From an uncultured archaeon (GTDB taxonomy: Archaea; Iainarchaeota; Iainarchaeia; Iainarchaeales; 1-14-0-10-31-34): a stretch of 64,000 nucleotides of DNA. The notes below the pieces were generated by a model. It did no database searches. It was given only the letters and a program-made list of their open reading frames with translations, and was not told where the DNA came from. Below are positions 28,270 to 38,366 of the stretch, piece by piece. The position numbers and the translations under genes were made by a program. Numbering within the stretch: the stretch's first letter is position 1; each line of letters starts with the position of its first letter. The stretch spans positions 32,001-96,000 of the forward strand of contig CAZSOZ010000001.1 in assembly GCA_964608675.1 (NCBI GenBank), read 5' to 3'.

Positions 28270-29715
28270 ATGGAAAAAGAATTCTTTGATTTAATCGTAA
28301 TAGGAAGAGGTTTAGCAGGATTAAGTTCTGCAATTGAAACCCCAAAAAACAAAAACACTGCAGTTTTTTTCTGTGGAAAAGAATTCAAGGCAAACAGTTT
28401 TAAAGCACAAGGAGGAATTGCTTCAGCTATAGGAAAAAATGATTCAACAGAAAAACATTATCTGGATACAATTAAAACAGGAAACGGTTTAACAGACAAA
28501 AATTCTGCAAAATTTTTGGTTGAAAAAGGAAAACAAAAAGTTCTGGAATTAATTGAAGCAGGATTTGAATTTGATGAAAAAGAAAAAGAAATAAGTTTTG
28601 GATTGGAATCAGGCCATTCAGAGAAAAGAATTCTTCATGCAAAAGGAGATGAAATCGGAAAAGAGCTAACCAAATATTACCTTAAAATTGCAAAAGAAAA
28701 AAACGTGCATTTTTTTGAAGGAAAAGAATTAATCAAACTTCGTGCAGAAAAACAAAAAGCAGAACAAGCAGTTTTTAATGATTTTACAGTTGAATTCAAT
28801 TCAATTGTGTTTGCTTCAGGAGGCTATTCTGCATTATACTCAAAAAGCACTAATTTTGAAAGCACTAAAGGAGAAGCTATTGCAGTTGCATTAAAATCAG
28901 GAATTCATTTAATGGACTTAGAATTTGAACAATTCCATCCAACAACAGTAAAAGGACATAATTTTTTGTTAAGCGAAACACTGCGCGGAGAAGGCGCTTT
29001 TCTTGTCAATGATTTAAACGAAAAATTCATGAAAAAATTTTCTGCAAAAGATTTGGAGACAAGAGACACTGCTTCTCTTGAAATATTCAATCAAATTCAA
29101 AAAAAAAGAAAAGTTTTCTTGGACTGCAGTTTAATTGAAAACTTAAAGGAAAGATTTCCAAACATCTGGAAAAACACAAGAACTTTAGGATTAAAAATAG
29201 ACAAAGAAAGAATTGAAATAGAACCTGCAGCACATTATTCAATCGGAGGAATAAAAATTGATTTAAATGCAAGAACAAACTTAAAGAATGTTTTTGCAGC
29301 AGGAGAATGCTCCTGCTCCGGAGTCCACGGAGCAAACAGGCTGGCAAGCAATTCTCTGCTGGAAGCTGTTGTTTTCGGTTCAGTTGCAGGAAAAAACGCA
29401 TTAAAAGAAAAAAAAGAAATAAAAACAAAAAAAGAATTTAATTCAATTAAAGAAAAACAAAAAGAAAAAACAAAATTTAATTTGGTTGCATTACAGCATT
29501 TAATGTGGAATCATACAGGAATAAAAAGGAATTCAGCTGGATTAAAAAAAGCCTTGCATGAAATCAATAAAATGCCTGAAAACAACAAAACAGTTTTGTG
29601 CAAAAAAATAATTGAATCAGCATTAAAAAGAGAGGAAAGCAGAGGCTGTCATCACCGAACAGACTTCCAGGAAAAAAAGAAAGAATTCGAAAAGCATTCT
29701 CTGACTGAAAAATGA
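28270..29715 (+). CDS. nadB: L-aspartate oxidase
   Basis: GRGLAG, AQGGI, ESGHS..RILH, QFHPT, LSETLRGEGA, AHYSIGG, HGANRLASNSLLE, ESRGCH. Confidence 0.88.
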   Translation: MEKEFFDLIVIGRGLAGLSSAIETPKNKNTAVFFCGKEFKANSFKAQGGIASAIGKNDSTEKHYLDTIKTGNGLTDKNSAKFLVEKGKQKVLELIEAGFEFDEKEKEISFGLESGHSEKRILHAKGDEIGKELTKYYLKIAKEKNVHFFEGKELIKLRAEKQKAEQAVFNDFTVEFNSIVFASGGYSALYSKSTNFESTKGEAIAVALKSGIHLMDLEFEQFHPTTVKGHNFLLSETLRGEGAFLVNDLNEKFMKKFSAKDLETRDTASLEIFNQIQKKRKVFLDCSLIENLKERFPNIWKNTRTLGLKIDKERIEIEPAAHYSIGGIKIDLNARTNLKNVFAAGECSCSGVHGANRLASNSLLEAVVFGSVAGKNALKEKKEIKTKKEFNSIKEKQKEKTKFNLVALQHLMWNHTGIKRNSAGLKKALHEINKMPENNKTVLCKKIIESALKREESRGCHHRTDFQEKKKEFEKHSLTEK

Positions 29716-29749
29716 AAACATTAAAATTGATTGAAAACACTAATTGTTT

Positions 29750-30673
29750 ATGGCAAGAAGAAGAAAAATAAAAAAAATTCATTTTGAGTTTGAGGCTCAT
29801 GTTCCTGGACAAACTTATTCAATGCACACACCAAGAAAAAAAACAAAAACAATACTGGCAGAAAATTCGATGGGATCCCTAAAACCAATAACTATACAGG
29901 AACTTAAATCCATTCCAAGAGGAAACAAGTTTTACAAAAGCCTTGTTGAATATCTTGAAAAAGCAATAAAAAATGGGAAAAAAGTTGTTGGAGGAGAAAC
30001 CGCAAAAAGTGCATGGGAGTTAAATGAACTTAGAGAAAAATTAAACAAAGCAACTGTATTAGAATCAAAAATGAAAAACAATCCTTCGCTTGAAAACATA
30101 AAAAAATATTTTAGTGCAGAAGCTGAATTAGATAAATCCAGGCACAAGTTAATTATCAGAACAGTAAGGGAATCAGAAAAACCTGTTCAGGCAAGATATG
30201 GTTCGTTGCATTCAATTTTAACAAAAGAATTAAAAGAATCAGGAATTAATTCTTCCAGAAAATTAATGCCTCAGGTTTTTGACTTAAGTCTAACAGTTGT
30301 ACGAAAACTGTTGATGGGAAAAACTCCTTCTAATGCAGAATACAAAATGGCTTTTATAACTGAAAGATTCTAACCTGCCTCAACCAAAAAAGCTTCTGAA
30401 ATTACTTCCAAAGATTTTAGATTTTTTAATCTATTTCAAAGCACTTTGTTAAGAAAACTGACAGAACAGCAGCTTGACAGAATAATCAATGAAAAGAATT
30501 TTTCCCTTATTTTTACATTAAATGGTTTGCCTAACCCTTCAAAAGAAAAAATACCTAGAAAAATGATTGCAGATTTTTTGAACAAGCATTCTTCTGCATG
30601 GAGAAGACAACAAAGCATTGCAAAAAAGAGAAAAGAAATGAAAAACAAAAAAAAAGAAAAAAAAATTAAGTGA
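29750..30673 (+). pseudogene. Basic hypothetical protein interrupted by one in-frame TAA at 30371-30373
   Basis: ORFs 29744-30373 and 30446-30673 are in the same frame; the 72 nt between them are open (PASTKKASEITSKDFRFFNLFQST). Confidence 0.65.
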
Positions 30674-31898
30674 ATAAAAGTTTCACGTAAAATAAAGGAG
30701 AAACAAATTCTTTTTTTGCTTCCTCGTTTGCAAGCATTCCTGAAATTACTTCCTGCACTTCTTTTTTTTTGGCTGCTTTGTCTACAATGAAATTTAAAAG
30801 AAATTTTATTTTGCCAAGCCTTTGAAGCATATAACTGGTTTTGATTTCTTGTTCAATTTCATTCCATAAATTTACTTCATACTCTTTGAGGAATTCAGCA
30901 GAAAAATTGTTTTCGTTTAATGATTTCAAAATTGTATTTGAAGCAATTTTTCCTGAAGTCATTGCGTTTCCTATTCCTTCTCCTGAAAAAGGGTCAATAA
31001 GAGAAGCTGCATCGCCTAAAAGCAAAAAACCGTTTCCTGAAATCTTCTTTTTTTTGCTTCCTAAAGGAAGAGTCCATCCTTTAACAGGAGAAACCATTTT
31101 TGCATCTTTGAATCTTTCTTTAAACAAAGGATGGGATTCAATTGCATCAAACATTGCTTTCTGCAAATTCATTTTATTTTTCTTTAAGTCTTGGGTAATT
31201 ATTCCTGCTCCAACATTCGCTAAACCTTTTTCTACAGGAAAAATCCAAAAGTAGCCTGGAAGCATTGAATCAATAAAATGAATTTCAATTGTGCCTTTTA
31301 AATGTTTTACTCCGGAATAATAAGTTCTCAAAGCCGTAATATGATGATTGAAATCAATTTTATTTAATCCAAGGCTTTTTGCTATATTTGAAGTTGCTCC
31401 GTCTGCTCCGACTGTTATTTTTGCTTTGAATTCCATTGAATTTCCTTTGGAGTCAGTTCCTTTTACTCCTAAAACTTTTTCGCCGTCTTTAATTAAGCCT
31501 TCAACAGTAAAGCCTTCAATTGTTTTTGCCCCAAAAAATTTTGCATTCTGAAACAAAAGGTTATCGTAATGAATTCTTTTTATGGCATAACCTGTTCTGC
31601 TTTTTGTTTTGCCTGATTCTTTTTTTGGAAAAGGAATATCCACCACTGTTCCTTTGGGGGAAGAAAAAGTTACTCCTGAAATTTTTCCGTAAGGAAGTTC
31701 TTCTACTTTTTCTTTTAACCCTAATTCCCTTAAAACCCTTAACGATTTCCCGCTTATTCCGTCTCCACAAGTTTTGTCTCTGGGAAAAAAAGCTTTATCT
31801 AAAAGCAAAACGTTTTTCTTGTTTTTTGCCAGAAAAGAAGCACAAGTTGAACCTGCAGGCCCTCCTCCAACAACAATTACATCAAATTCTTCTGCCAT
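30666..31898 (-). CDS. Geranylgeranyl reductase family FAD-dependent oxidoreductase
   Basis: GGGPAG, PRDKTCGDG, GADG, GYFWIFP, GDAASLIDPFSGEGI. Confidence 0.9.
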   Translation of the reverse strand: MAEEFDVIVVGGGPAGSTCASFLAKNKKNVLLLDKAFFPRDKTCGDGISGKSLRVLRELGLKEKVEELPYGKISGVTFSSPKGTVVDIPFPKKESGKTKSRTGYAIKRIHYDNLLFQNAKFFGAKTIEGFTVEGLIKDGEKVLGVKGTDSKGNSMEFKAKITVGADGATSNIAKSLGLNKIDFNHHITALRTYYSGVKHLKGTIEIHFIDSMLPGYFWIFPVEKGLANVGAGIITQDLKKNKMNLQKAMFDAIESHPLFKERFKDAKMVSPVKGWTLPLGSKKKKISGNGFLLLGDAASLIDPFSGEGIGNAMTSGKIASNTILKSLNENNFSAEFLKEYEVNLWNEIEQEIKTSYMLQRLGKIKFLLNFIVDKAAKKKEVQEVISGMLANEEAKKEFVSPLFYVKLLFT

Positions 31899-31921
31899 AC
31901 AAAAAAACCTCTTTAAAATAT

Positions 31922-32833
31922 TTATTTATTGCTCCTTAAAAATTCGTTTGCATACAAAGCTGCCTTGCATCCTTCTCCTGCAGCAACAATAAGCTGATGA
32001 ATTGGAATGCTTGTTACGTCTCCTGCTGCAAACAAGCCGGAAACACTGGATTCATTTTTGTCATTGATTTTGATTTCATTGAATTCAGTTTTTTTAACTG
32101 AATCAACAAAATCAGAATTAGGGATTTCTCCTATGTTAATAAATGCTGCAGAAACATTAATTATTTTTTCTTTGCCTGATTTTTTTTCTTTGAATTTAAT
32201 TTGTTCAACAGAATTCTTTCCTGAAATTTCCTGCACTTGGGTTTCAGTTAAAACTTCAATATTTTTTCTTTTTTTGACTTCTTCTATTGTGATTTTTTCT
32301 CCGTTTAATGAATCAGATGATTCAAAAACATAAACTTTACTGCAAATATTGCTTAAATAAAGTGCTTCTTCTGTTCCTGAATATCCTCCGCCGATTACAG
32401 CAGTTTCTTTTTCTTTATATAAAGGGCCGTCGCATACCGCACAATAATGAATTCCTTTATGTTCTAATTCTTTTGCGCCTTTTACTTCAAGTTTTCTGGG
32501 TCTTTTTCCTGTTGCAACTATAACGGTTTTTGCATGAAATTCTTTTTGGTTTGTTTTGACACTAAAAATTTTTTCCTGCTTTTTTAATGAAATAACTTTT
32601 TCTCCTTCAATTACTTCAATTTCTTTATAAGAAAGCAGATGCTCTCTGAATTTCATTGCCAAATCAAAGCTTGGAATGCTTTTAAAGCCAAGAAAATTTT
32701 CCACTTTTTCTGTAAGCAGAAGCTGTCCGCCAAAATTTTCTGTAATCAAAGTTATATTTAAACCGGCTCTTGCAGCATAAATTCCTGCTGTTGCTCCTGC
32801 AGCAGACCCTCCTATAATAATTAAGTCTTTCAT
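31922..32833 (-). CDS. trxB: Thioredoxin-disulfide reductase
   Basis: GGSAAG, GGQ, VENFLG, YCAVCDG, GGGYSG, FAAGDVT. Confidence 0.9.
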   Translation of the reverse strand: MKDLIIIGGSAAGATAGIYAARAGLNITLITENFGGQLLLTEKVENFLGFKSIPSFDLAMKFREHLLSYKEIEVIEGEKVISLKKQEKIFSVKTNQKEFHAKTVIVATGKRPRKLEVKGAKELEHKGIHYCAVCDGPLYKEKETAVIGGGYSGTEEALYLSNICSKVYVFESSDSLNGEKITIEEVKKRKNIEVLTETQVQEISGKNSVEQIKFKEKKSGKEKIINVSAAFINIGEIPNSDFVDSVKKTEFNEIKINDKNESSVSGLFAAGDVTSIPIHQLIVAAGEGCKAALYANEFLRSNK

Positions 32834-32881
32834 TTAAACACCAGATACAATAAAACTTAAAGAAAATATTTTAAAATAAAC

Positions 32882-33568
32882 TCAAAACTTAAATGTTTCC
32901 CCTGGCTGCAATAAAATCGGTTTGGTTGTTAAAACACTTTTCTCTATTTTTTTTTTGAATTCATTTACATCGCATTTAATCATGTTAAAAGTATTGTAAT
33001 GCATTGGAATAACATATTTGGGTTTCATTAATTTTGTTGCTTTAACACAGTCAACACAATCCATAGTATAAGTTCCTCCTATTGGAAGCAAAGCAACATC
33101 TGTTTGAATCCTTGAAAAATCATCAATCAAAGAAGTGTCTCCGGAAAAATAAAGTTTTTTTCCTTTGGATGAAACAATAAACCCTACAGGATAAAACGAT
33201 TCCGGATGATGAGCAGTAACGCATTCAATTTCTACGCTTCTTAAATTAATTTTCTGATTTAAATTTAAAGAACATAAAAAACGTCTTTCAATATCAAGTT
33301 CATTCAAAAGACTGTCATGCGCAACAACACAAGCCTGATTTTGTTTTACTAAAGATTTAATTGCTTTCTTGTCAAAATGATCAAAGTGTTCATGAGAAAC
33401 AAGAATTATGTCAATATCTTTTAAATCAGATTTTTTTGCTGTGCATTTATTGAGTCTCTTAAAAGCAGGGTCTGTACAGGAATTATTTATAAATGGATCA
33501 AATAAAACTTTTGTGCCGTTAAAATCAGCTTTAAAAAAAGAATGGCCAAAAAAAGTCAGTTCCACCAT
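32882..33568 (-). CDS. UPF0173-type metallo-beta-lactamase-fold hydrolase
   Basis: GHS, DPF, SHEHFDH, SGDT, LPIGG..TM, IPMHYNTF. Confidence 0.88.
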   Translation of the reverse strand: MVELTFFGHSFFKADFNGTKVLFDPFINNSCTDPAFKRLNKCTAKKSDLKDIDIILVSHEHFDHFDKKAIKSLVKQNQACVVAHDSLLNELDIERRFLCSLNLNQKINLRSVEIECVTAHHPESFYPVGFIVSSKGKKLYFSGDTSLIDDFSRIQTDVALLPIGGTYTMDCVDCVKATKLMKPKYVIPMHYNTFNMIKCDVNEFKKKIEKSVLTTKPILLQPGETFKF

Positions 33569-33677
33569 ACAAACCGAATACAATAGGTAATTGTTGAATA
33601 TAAAGTTTTACTATAAAAAAAACAAAAAAGGCAGGAAAACCAATAAATATTCTTTCTAACAATAAAATAATGAGAAA

Positions 33678-34973
33678 ATGAAAAAAATATTTTTAGTTAT
33701 TGTATTAATTTTTTTGCTTTCAAATGCTTTTTCTGCAGGAATACAAAAAAATTCAATTAACATAATTGTAGACAAAGAAGGAACTTCATTAATTGAAGAA
33801 AACTATTATGTTTCATTTGAAGAAAAAGAACTTGAGTTATTCAAGGAAAGCATTTCAAACGGATTAAATCAGGAAATCCTGCAGTCATTCAGTTTGGAGA
33901 TAGAGCCAAAGCTTGAAAACACTCAGGCAATAATTTCGTTTGAAGAACCTGGAGAAAACAAAATCATTAAATTGAATTATTTTTCAAACGGATTGTTTTC
34001 AGTTAAAAACAAAATTACTTTCAATGAAGTTTCATTAAATACAGCAAAATTTTCTTTTTTGTTTTCAGGACAAAAAGCTGTTTTTCCTGAAAATTTTTCA
34101 TTAAGGTTTGTTCTTCCACGAGAAGCAAAAAATATTTCTGTTTCTCCGGAAACAAATATTTTGTCAAATACCCTTGAATGGAAAGGACTGTTAATAACTG
34201 AAACCCTTGAACTTTCATACGAAATTCCAAAAGAACCCGAACAAATAAAAATAAGAAAAATAAACATTAAAATAAATGTAAATGAAAACGGTTTTGCTGA
34301 AATTTCAGAAAAATATTTTTTTGATTTCAGAAACAACGAAGAACTGGAATATTTTGTAGAAACAGCAAAAAAAAATGGTTCAAGTTTATTGAGCTGGAAT
34401 GCTTTTGACAAAAGAATTTTTCCTCATATAGGGGTTGATGAATTTGATACAAAAAATGCAACAGTTGAATTCATCGAAAAAGGATTGACTGACAGCTACT
34501 TAAATATTTCTTATGAAAATAAAAGCCCCTTATTTATTGAAGAAAAAGAAAGAAGCGGAAGATTTGTTGAATGGAAATTTAATTCAAAAAAATTAAACAG
34601 CCTTATTTCAAGAGGAGTAATAATTCTTCCGGAAAACATGTCAATAGAAATTATTCTGCCTTCAAATGCAGAAATAAAAGAAAGCAGTATTGAAACACAA
34701 AACGGAAAAATTGTCTGGGAAGGCTACAAAACAATAAGTCAAATAAAAATTGTTTATATAATGAAAGAAAATATTGCGCCTGCATTCAATTTATCTTTAA
34801 TGATTCAAAACCTTCTTTCAAACAAAGAAAGTATTGCTTTTTTAATTGCTGTTATTGCAGTTATTGGAATACTTCTTTCAATAAAAAAGAAAAGCATAAC
34901 AGCAAAAATAGATGAATTCATTATAAATAATTCTAAAATAGAAGAAAGAGAAGAAATAGATTTAGACAACTAA
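33678..34973 (+). CDS. Secreted, C-terminally anchored protein with two tandem homologous beta-rich domains
   Basis: Signal peptide, internal duplication, C-terminal TM helix. Confidence 0.7.
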   Translation: MKKIFLVIVLIFLLSNAFSAGIQKNSINIIVDKEGTSLIEENYYVSFEEKELELFKESISNGLNQEILQSFSLEIEPKLENTQAIISFEEPGENKIIKLNYFSNGLFSVKNKITFNEVSLNTAKFSFLFSGQKAVFPENFSLRFVLPREAKNISVSPETNILSNTLEWKGLLITETLELSYEIPKEPEQIKIRKINIKINVNENGFAEISEKYFFDFRNNEELEYFVETAKKNGSSLLSWNAFDKRIFPHIGVDEFDTKNATVEFIEKGLTDSYLNISYENKSPLFIEEKERSGRFVEWKFNSKKLNSLISRGVIILPENMSIEIILPSNAEIKESSIETQNGKIVWEGYKTISQIKIVYIMKENIAPAFNLSLMIQNLLSNKESIAFLIAVIAVIGILLSIKKKSITAKIDEFIINNSKIEEREEIDLDN

Positions 34974-36388
34974 GAAAAATAATGCCCTAAAGAAGACTGT
35001 CTGCCAGTATTTTCTTTTTTTTCTTCATTTTCTGCTTTTGGGTTGGTTTCAGTTGTTTCTTCAATCTGATTTGCAAAAGCTTCTGTTATTGCACTTAAAG
35101 GTTTTCTTCCTGAAAACAAGGCTTTCTTTTTTTGTTCTGCTTTGTCCATCAAAAACTTGACTTTCTTTGTTTCAGGTTTTGTATTTAACAAAAAAGCCAG
35201 TTCTTTTTCATTCAAACCAAATCTTGCAGTAAAATCTACTGCAAAATCTTTATCATAAAAAATTTGTTTAATGAAAGGAATATCTGATGAAAGTATTTCT
35301 TTAGAAGAAGAATGAATGTATTCTGAAAGCTTTAATCCAAGCGCTTTTTTTAGGTCTCTTTCTCCTTTGTTTGAAGATAATCTTCTTAAAACCTTGGGAA
35401 ACTGATACATTACAAAATTTTTGTTTGGTTCTTCTTTGGATAAACTTACTCCAACAGACATTAATTCAGAGCTGTAGCGAAGAAAACTGTAATTCTGTTT
35501 TTTTCTTATTCTTCCGTTAAATATATCTGCTTTGCTTAATTTTGTAAATGCGTTTTCTATTTCAACAGAAGAAACAAACTGTCTTGGAATGTTTTCTTCA
35601 ATCCATTTCATTAAAAGATTTGAGTCAACATCAGATGAAAATCTTGCATTTCTTGCTTCTCTAAAGGAATCAGCAGTAAAAATTTTTCTTAAAACCTTGA
35701 ATACGTCTTCCTGCTTTTCTCTGTATCCAAGAGATTCAACATCTTTAACATTAATTTTTTGTTTTAAAGACAATGTTTGAAGGTCAAGCAGAACGCTTCT
35801 CATGTCTCCTGCTGAAGTTTTTGCCAGCAAATTAATTGCATCGTCTTCGAATTCAATTTTTTCTTCCGCGCATATTTCTTTGAGTCTTTTTGCCATGCTT
35901 AAATAATTTATTTTTTTGAACTGCATTAACTGACAGGAAGCCCTAAAAGGCAAAAGTTTTTTGTTTGAATAAATATCATTTGCTGTAAGAATAACAGGAT
36001 TTTGTGTTTCCTTTAAAATTTTGTTTATTGCTGAAACTGCGCCTCTGTCAACTGCACTTAAACCGTCAATTTCATCCAATAAAATCAGTCTTTTTTCTCC
36101 TGAAAAAGAAGAATTCATTGCTGCTGCTCCTGCAATCCTTTCAATTATTTCTTTGCTTCTGAAATCGCTTGCATTTAATTCAAATAAACCCCATGAATTA
36201 ATTTTGGCAATCAATAAAGCCAAAGATGTTTTTCCTCCTCCTGTTTGACCAAAAAAAAGCAGTGGTTTTTGAGGCTTGTTTTGATTCCACTGCGTACTCC
36301 ATAAAAGAGCTTTCTGAACTAAATCTGTGTTGCCGACAAACTCTTCAAGATTTGAAGGAAAATATTTTTCTGTCCATAATTCAGCCAT
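34970..36388 (-). CDS. rfcL: Replication factor C large subunit
   Basis: WTEKYFP, GQTGGGKT, ELNASD, LLDEIDG, GDMRS, WIEEN; C-terminal PIP box QSSLGHYF. Confidence 0.93.
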   Translation of the reverse strand: MAELWTEKYFPSNLEEFVGNTDLVQKALLWSTQWNQNKPQKPLLFFGQTGGGKTSLALLIAKINSWGLFELNASDFRSKEIIERIAGAAAMNSSFSGEKRLILLDEIDGLSAVDRGAVSAINKILKETQNPVILTANDIYSNKKLLPFRASCQLMQFKKINYLSMAKRLKEICAEEKIEFEDDAINLLAKTSAGDMRSVLLDLQTLSLKQKINVKDVESLGYREKQEDVFKVLRKIFTADSFREARNARFSSDVDSNLLMKWIEENIPRQFVSSVEIENAFTKLSKADIFNGRIRKKQNYSFLRYSSELMSVGVSLSKEEPNKNFVMYQFPKVLRRLSSNKGERDLKKALGLKLSEYIHSSSKEILSSDIPFIKQIFYDKDFAVDFTARFGLNEKELAFLLNTKPETKKVKFLMDKAEQKKKALFSGRKPLSAITEAFANQIEETTETNPKAENEEKKENTGRQSSLGHYFS

Positions 36389-36439
36389 AATCTTCAATAT
36401 AATTAAAGAAGTTAATGCATAAAAATTAATTGATTAAAA

Positions 36440-37633
36440 ATGCAGATAGGTGTTGTAGGAAAACCAAACGTAGGAAAAAGCACTTTTTTTTCTGCTGCAA
36501 CTTTAATTGACGTAGAAATGCAGAATTTTCCTTTTACCACAATAGAACCAAATAAAGGAATTGGATTTGTAAGAGTTGAATGCGCAGAAAAATTTTTTGG
36601 AGTAAAATGCAATCCAAGAACAGGAAGCTGTATTAAAGGAACAAGATTTGTTCCAGTTGAATTAATTGATGTTGCAGGACTTGTTCCTGGAGCCTCAAAA
36701 GGAAAAGGTCTTGGAAACAAATTTTTGGATGACTTAAGAAAAGCTGATGCATTAATTCATGTAATTGATTTAAGCGGAAGCACAAACGAAAAAGGAGAAA
36801 CAATAGGAAAAGGAAATTATGATCCAGCAGAAGACATTCTTTTTTTGGAAAAAGAAATTGATTCATGGTTTCTTGGAATAATCAAAAAAAACTGGGAAAA
36901 ATTTGCAAAAATTCCAATAAAAGAAAAAAACAAGAAATTGAATGTAATGGCCCAAAATTTAAGCGGAATAGGAGCAAATGCACTTCAAATAGATAAAGCA
37001 GTATCAAAACTCAAGTTATGGGAAAAAAATTTTATTGAATGGACTGAAAAAGATTTTGTGGATTTCGCTGAAGCAGTAAGAAAAGAAAGCAAACCAATAA
37101 TTATTGCAGCAAACAAAGCAGACATTTCAGAAAAAAAAACCCTGAAAAAACTGCAAGAAAAGTTTCCTGAAAAAATTATTGTCCCCTGTTCAGCTATATC
37201 AGAATTAACTTTAAGAAAAGCAGGAAAAGAAAAAAGCATTGAATACCTTCCAGGAGAAAAAGAATTCAAAAAATTAAAGAAATTAAACAAAAATCAAGAA
37301 AAAGGATTGAAATATATTAAAGAAAATGTTTTAGAAAGATTTGAAGGAACAGGGATCCAAAAAATACTTGACAAAACTGTATTTGGCCTGCTTGAATACA
37401 TTGCAGTTTTTCCCGGAGGAATAAAAAATCTTGCAGACGAACACGGAAACATTCTGCCGGACTGTTTTTTAATGCCAGCAAATTCAACTGTACTGGATTT
37501 TGCATTCAAACTGCACACAGATATAGGAGAAGGCTTTATTCGTGCAATAGACGTTAAAACAAAACAAATGGTAGGAAAAGAACACTCATTAAAAAACAAG
37601 GACGTAATAGAAATAATTTTCAGCAAAAAATGA
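36440..37633 (+). CDS. ychF: Obg-family ATPase YchF
   Basis: GKPNVGKST, NFPFTTIEPN, DVAGLVPGA, NKAD, C-terminal TGS domain. Confidence 0.93.
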   Translation: MQIGVVGKPNVGKSTFFSAATLIDVEMQNFPFTTIEPNKGIGFVRVECAEKFFGVKCNPRTGSCIKGTRFVPVELIDVAGLVPGASKGKGLGNKFLDDLRKADALIHVIDLSGSTNEKGETIGKGNYDPAEDILFLEKEIDSWFLGIIKKNWEKFAKIPIKEKNKKLNVMAQNLSGIGANALQIDKAVSKLKLWEKNFIEWTEKDFVDFAEAVRKESKPIIIAANKADISEKKTLKKLQEKFPEKIIVPCSAISELTLRKAGKEKSIEYLPGEKEFKKLKKLNKNQEKGLKYIKENVLERFEGTGIQKILDKTVFGLLEYIAVFPGGIKNLADEHGNILPDCFLMPANSTVLDFAFKLHTDIGEGFIRAIDVKTKQMVGKEHSLKNKDVIEIIFSKK

Positions 37634-37666
37634 AAAGATTTAAATAAAAAACAAGCATATATTAAA

Positions 37667-37921
37667 ATGATTAAAATGGATAAAACAAAAAAACAGGATA
37701 TTGCAAAAATACTTGCAAAAGCAGTGCTAAAAGAAAGACAAAAAGGAAGATCTCTTTCAGAAAAAGAAATTGATAAAATAATGAAAGAAAAATATTCTGA
37801 AATACTTAGAACTGCCCTTAAAAAAACAAAAAGGTTATCCTCTGAAGAAAGAAAAAAACATGAATTAGAACTCAAAAAAAAGAAAAAAAAGCACACTAGA
37901 AGAAGAATGCCCGTGCATTAA
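37667..37921 (+). CDS. Small highly basic hypothetical protein
   Basis: 84-aa ORF with a TATA-like element upstream; tail KKKKKKHTRRRMPVH. Confidence 0.55.
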   Translation: MIKMDKTKKQDIAKILAKAVLKERQKGRSLSEKEIDKIMKEKYSEILRTALKKTKRLSSEERKKHELELKKKKKKHTRRRMPVH

Positions 37922-37922
37922 T

Positions 37923-38294
37923 TTACTGTATTTTGTTTCTAAACACTGAATCAAAATCTAAATTTAATTTTAAGCACACTTTCTGCATAGAATAATCATC
38001 AGTAAGCAAAGGAAATTTTAAGTCAAATGCAAGAGATAAAATTGAAATATCCGCCATAGAAAGCTTATACATAATACTTAATTCTTTTGCTGTTTTTTTG
38101 ATTAATTTAATTGATTCCTTTTTGGGTTCCCTGATTTTTATTTTACCCTGCTTTAAACCTGATTCAACCAACTGCTTTGAACGCAAATCAATTATTTCAT
38201 CAAGGACTTCATTAGTAGTAAAATAAATGTTTTCATCAAAAGAAAAATTAAAATTATTGAGAATTACAGCAGAATCCATCACATAATTAACCAT
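37923..38294 (-). CDS. PIN-domain nuclease, Nob1-like, without the C-terminal Zn ribbon
   Basis: YVMDSAVI, TTNEVLDEI, LSMADISILSLA, LLTDDYSMQ. Confidence 0.8.
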   Translation of the reverse strand: MVNYVMDSAVILNNFNFSFDENIYFTTNEVLDEIIDLRSKQLVESGLKQGKIKIREPKKESIKLIKKTAKELSIMYKLSMADISILSLAFDLKFPLLTDDYSMQKVCLKLNLDFDSVFRNKIQ

Positions 38295-38366
38295 AAAAAC
38301 AAAAAAGAAAGAAAACAAATAAAAACCTTATTATATAAATTTATATAATTATTTTTGTGGTTTTTT

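Noticed and set aside
28270-29715. Succinate dehydrogenase or fumarate reductase flavoprotein; orphan nadB as novelty
   Set aside because: Length, motifs and lack of an adjacent Fe-S subunit fit NadB; nadA/nadC may simply lie outside the window.
30371-30373. Genetic-code reassignment or selenocysteine/pyrrolysine readthrough
   Set aside because: The codon is TAA, and TAA, TGA and TAG all terminate well-conserved genes in this window at their expected ends.
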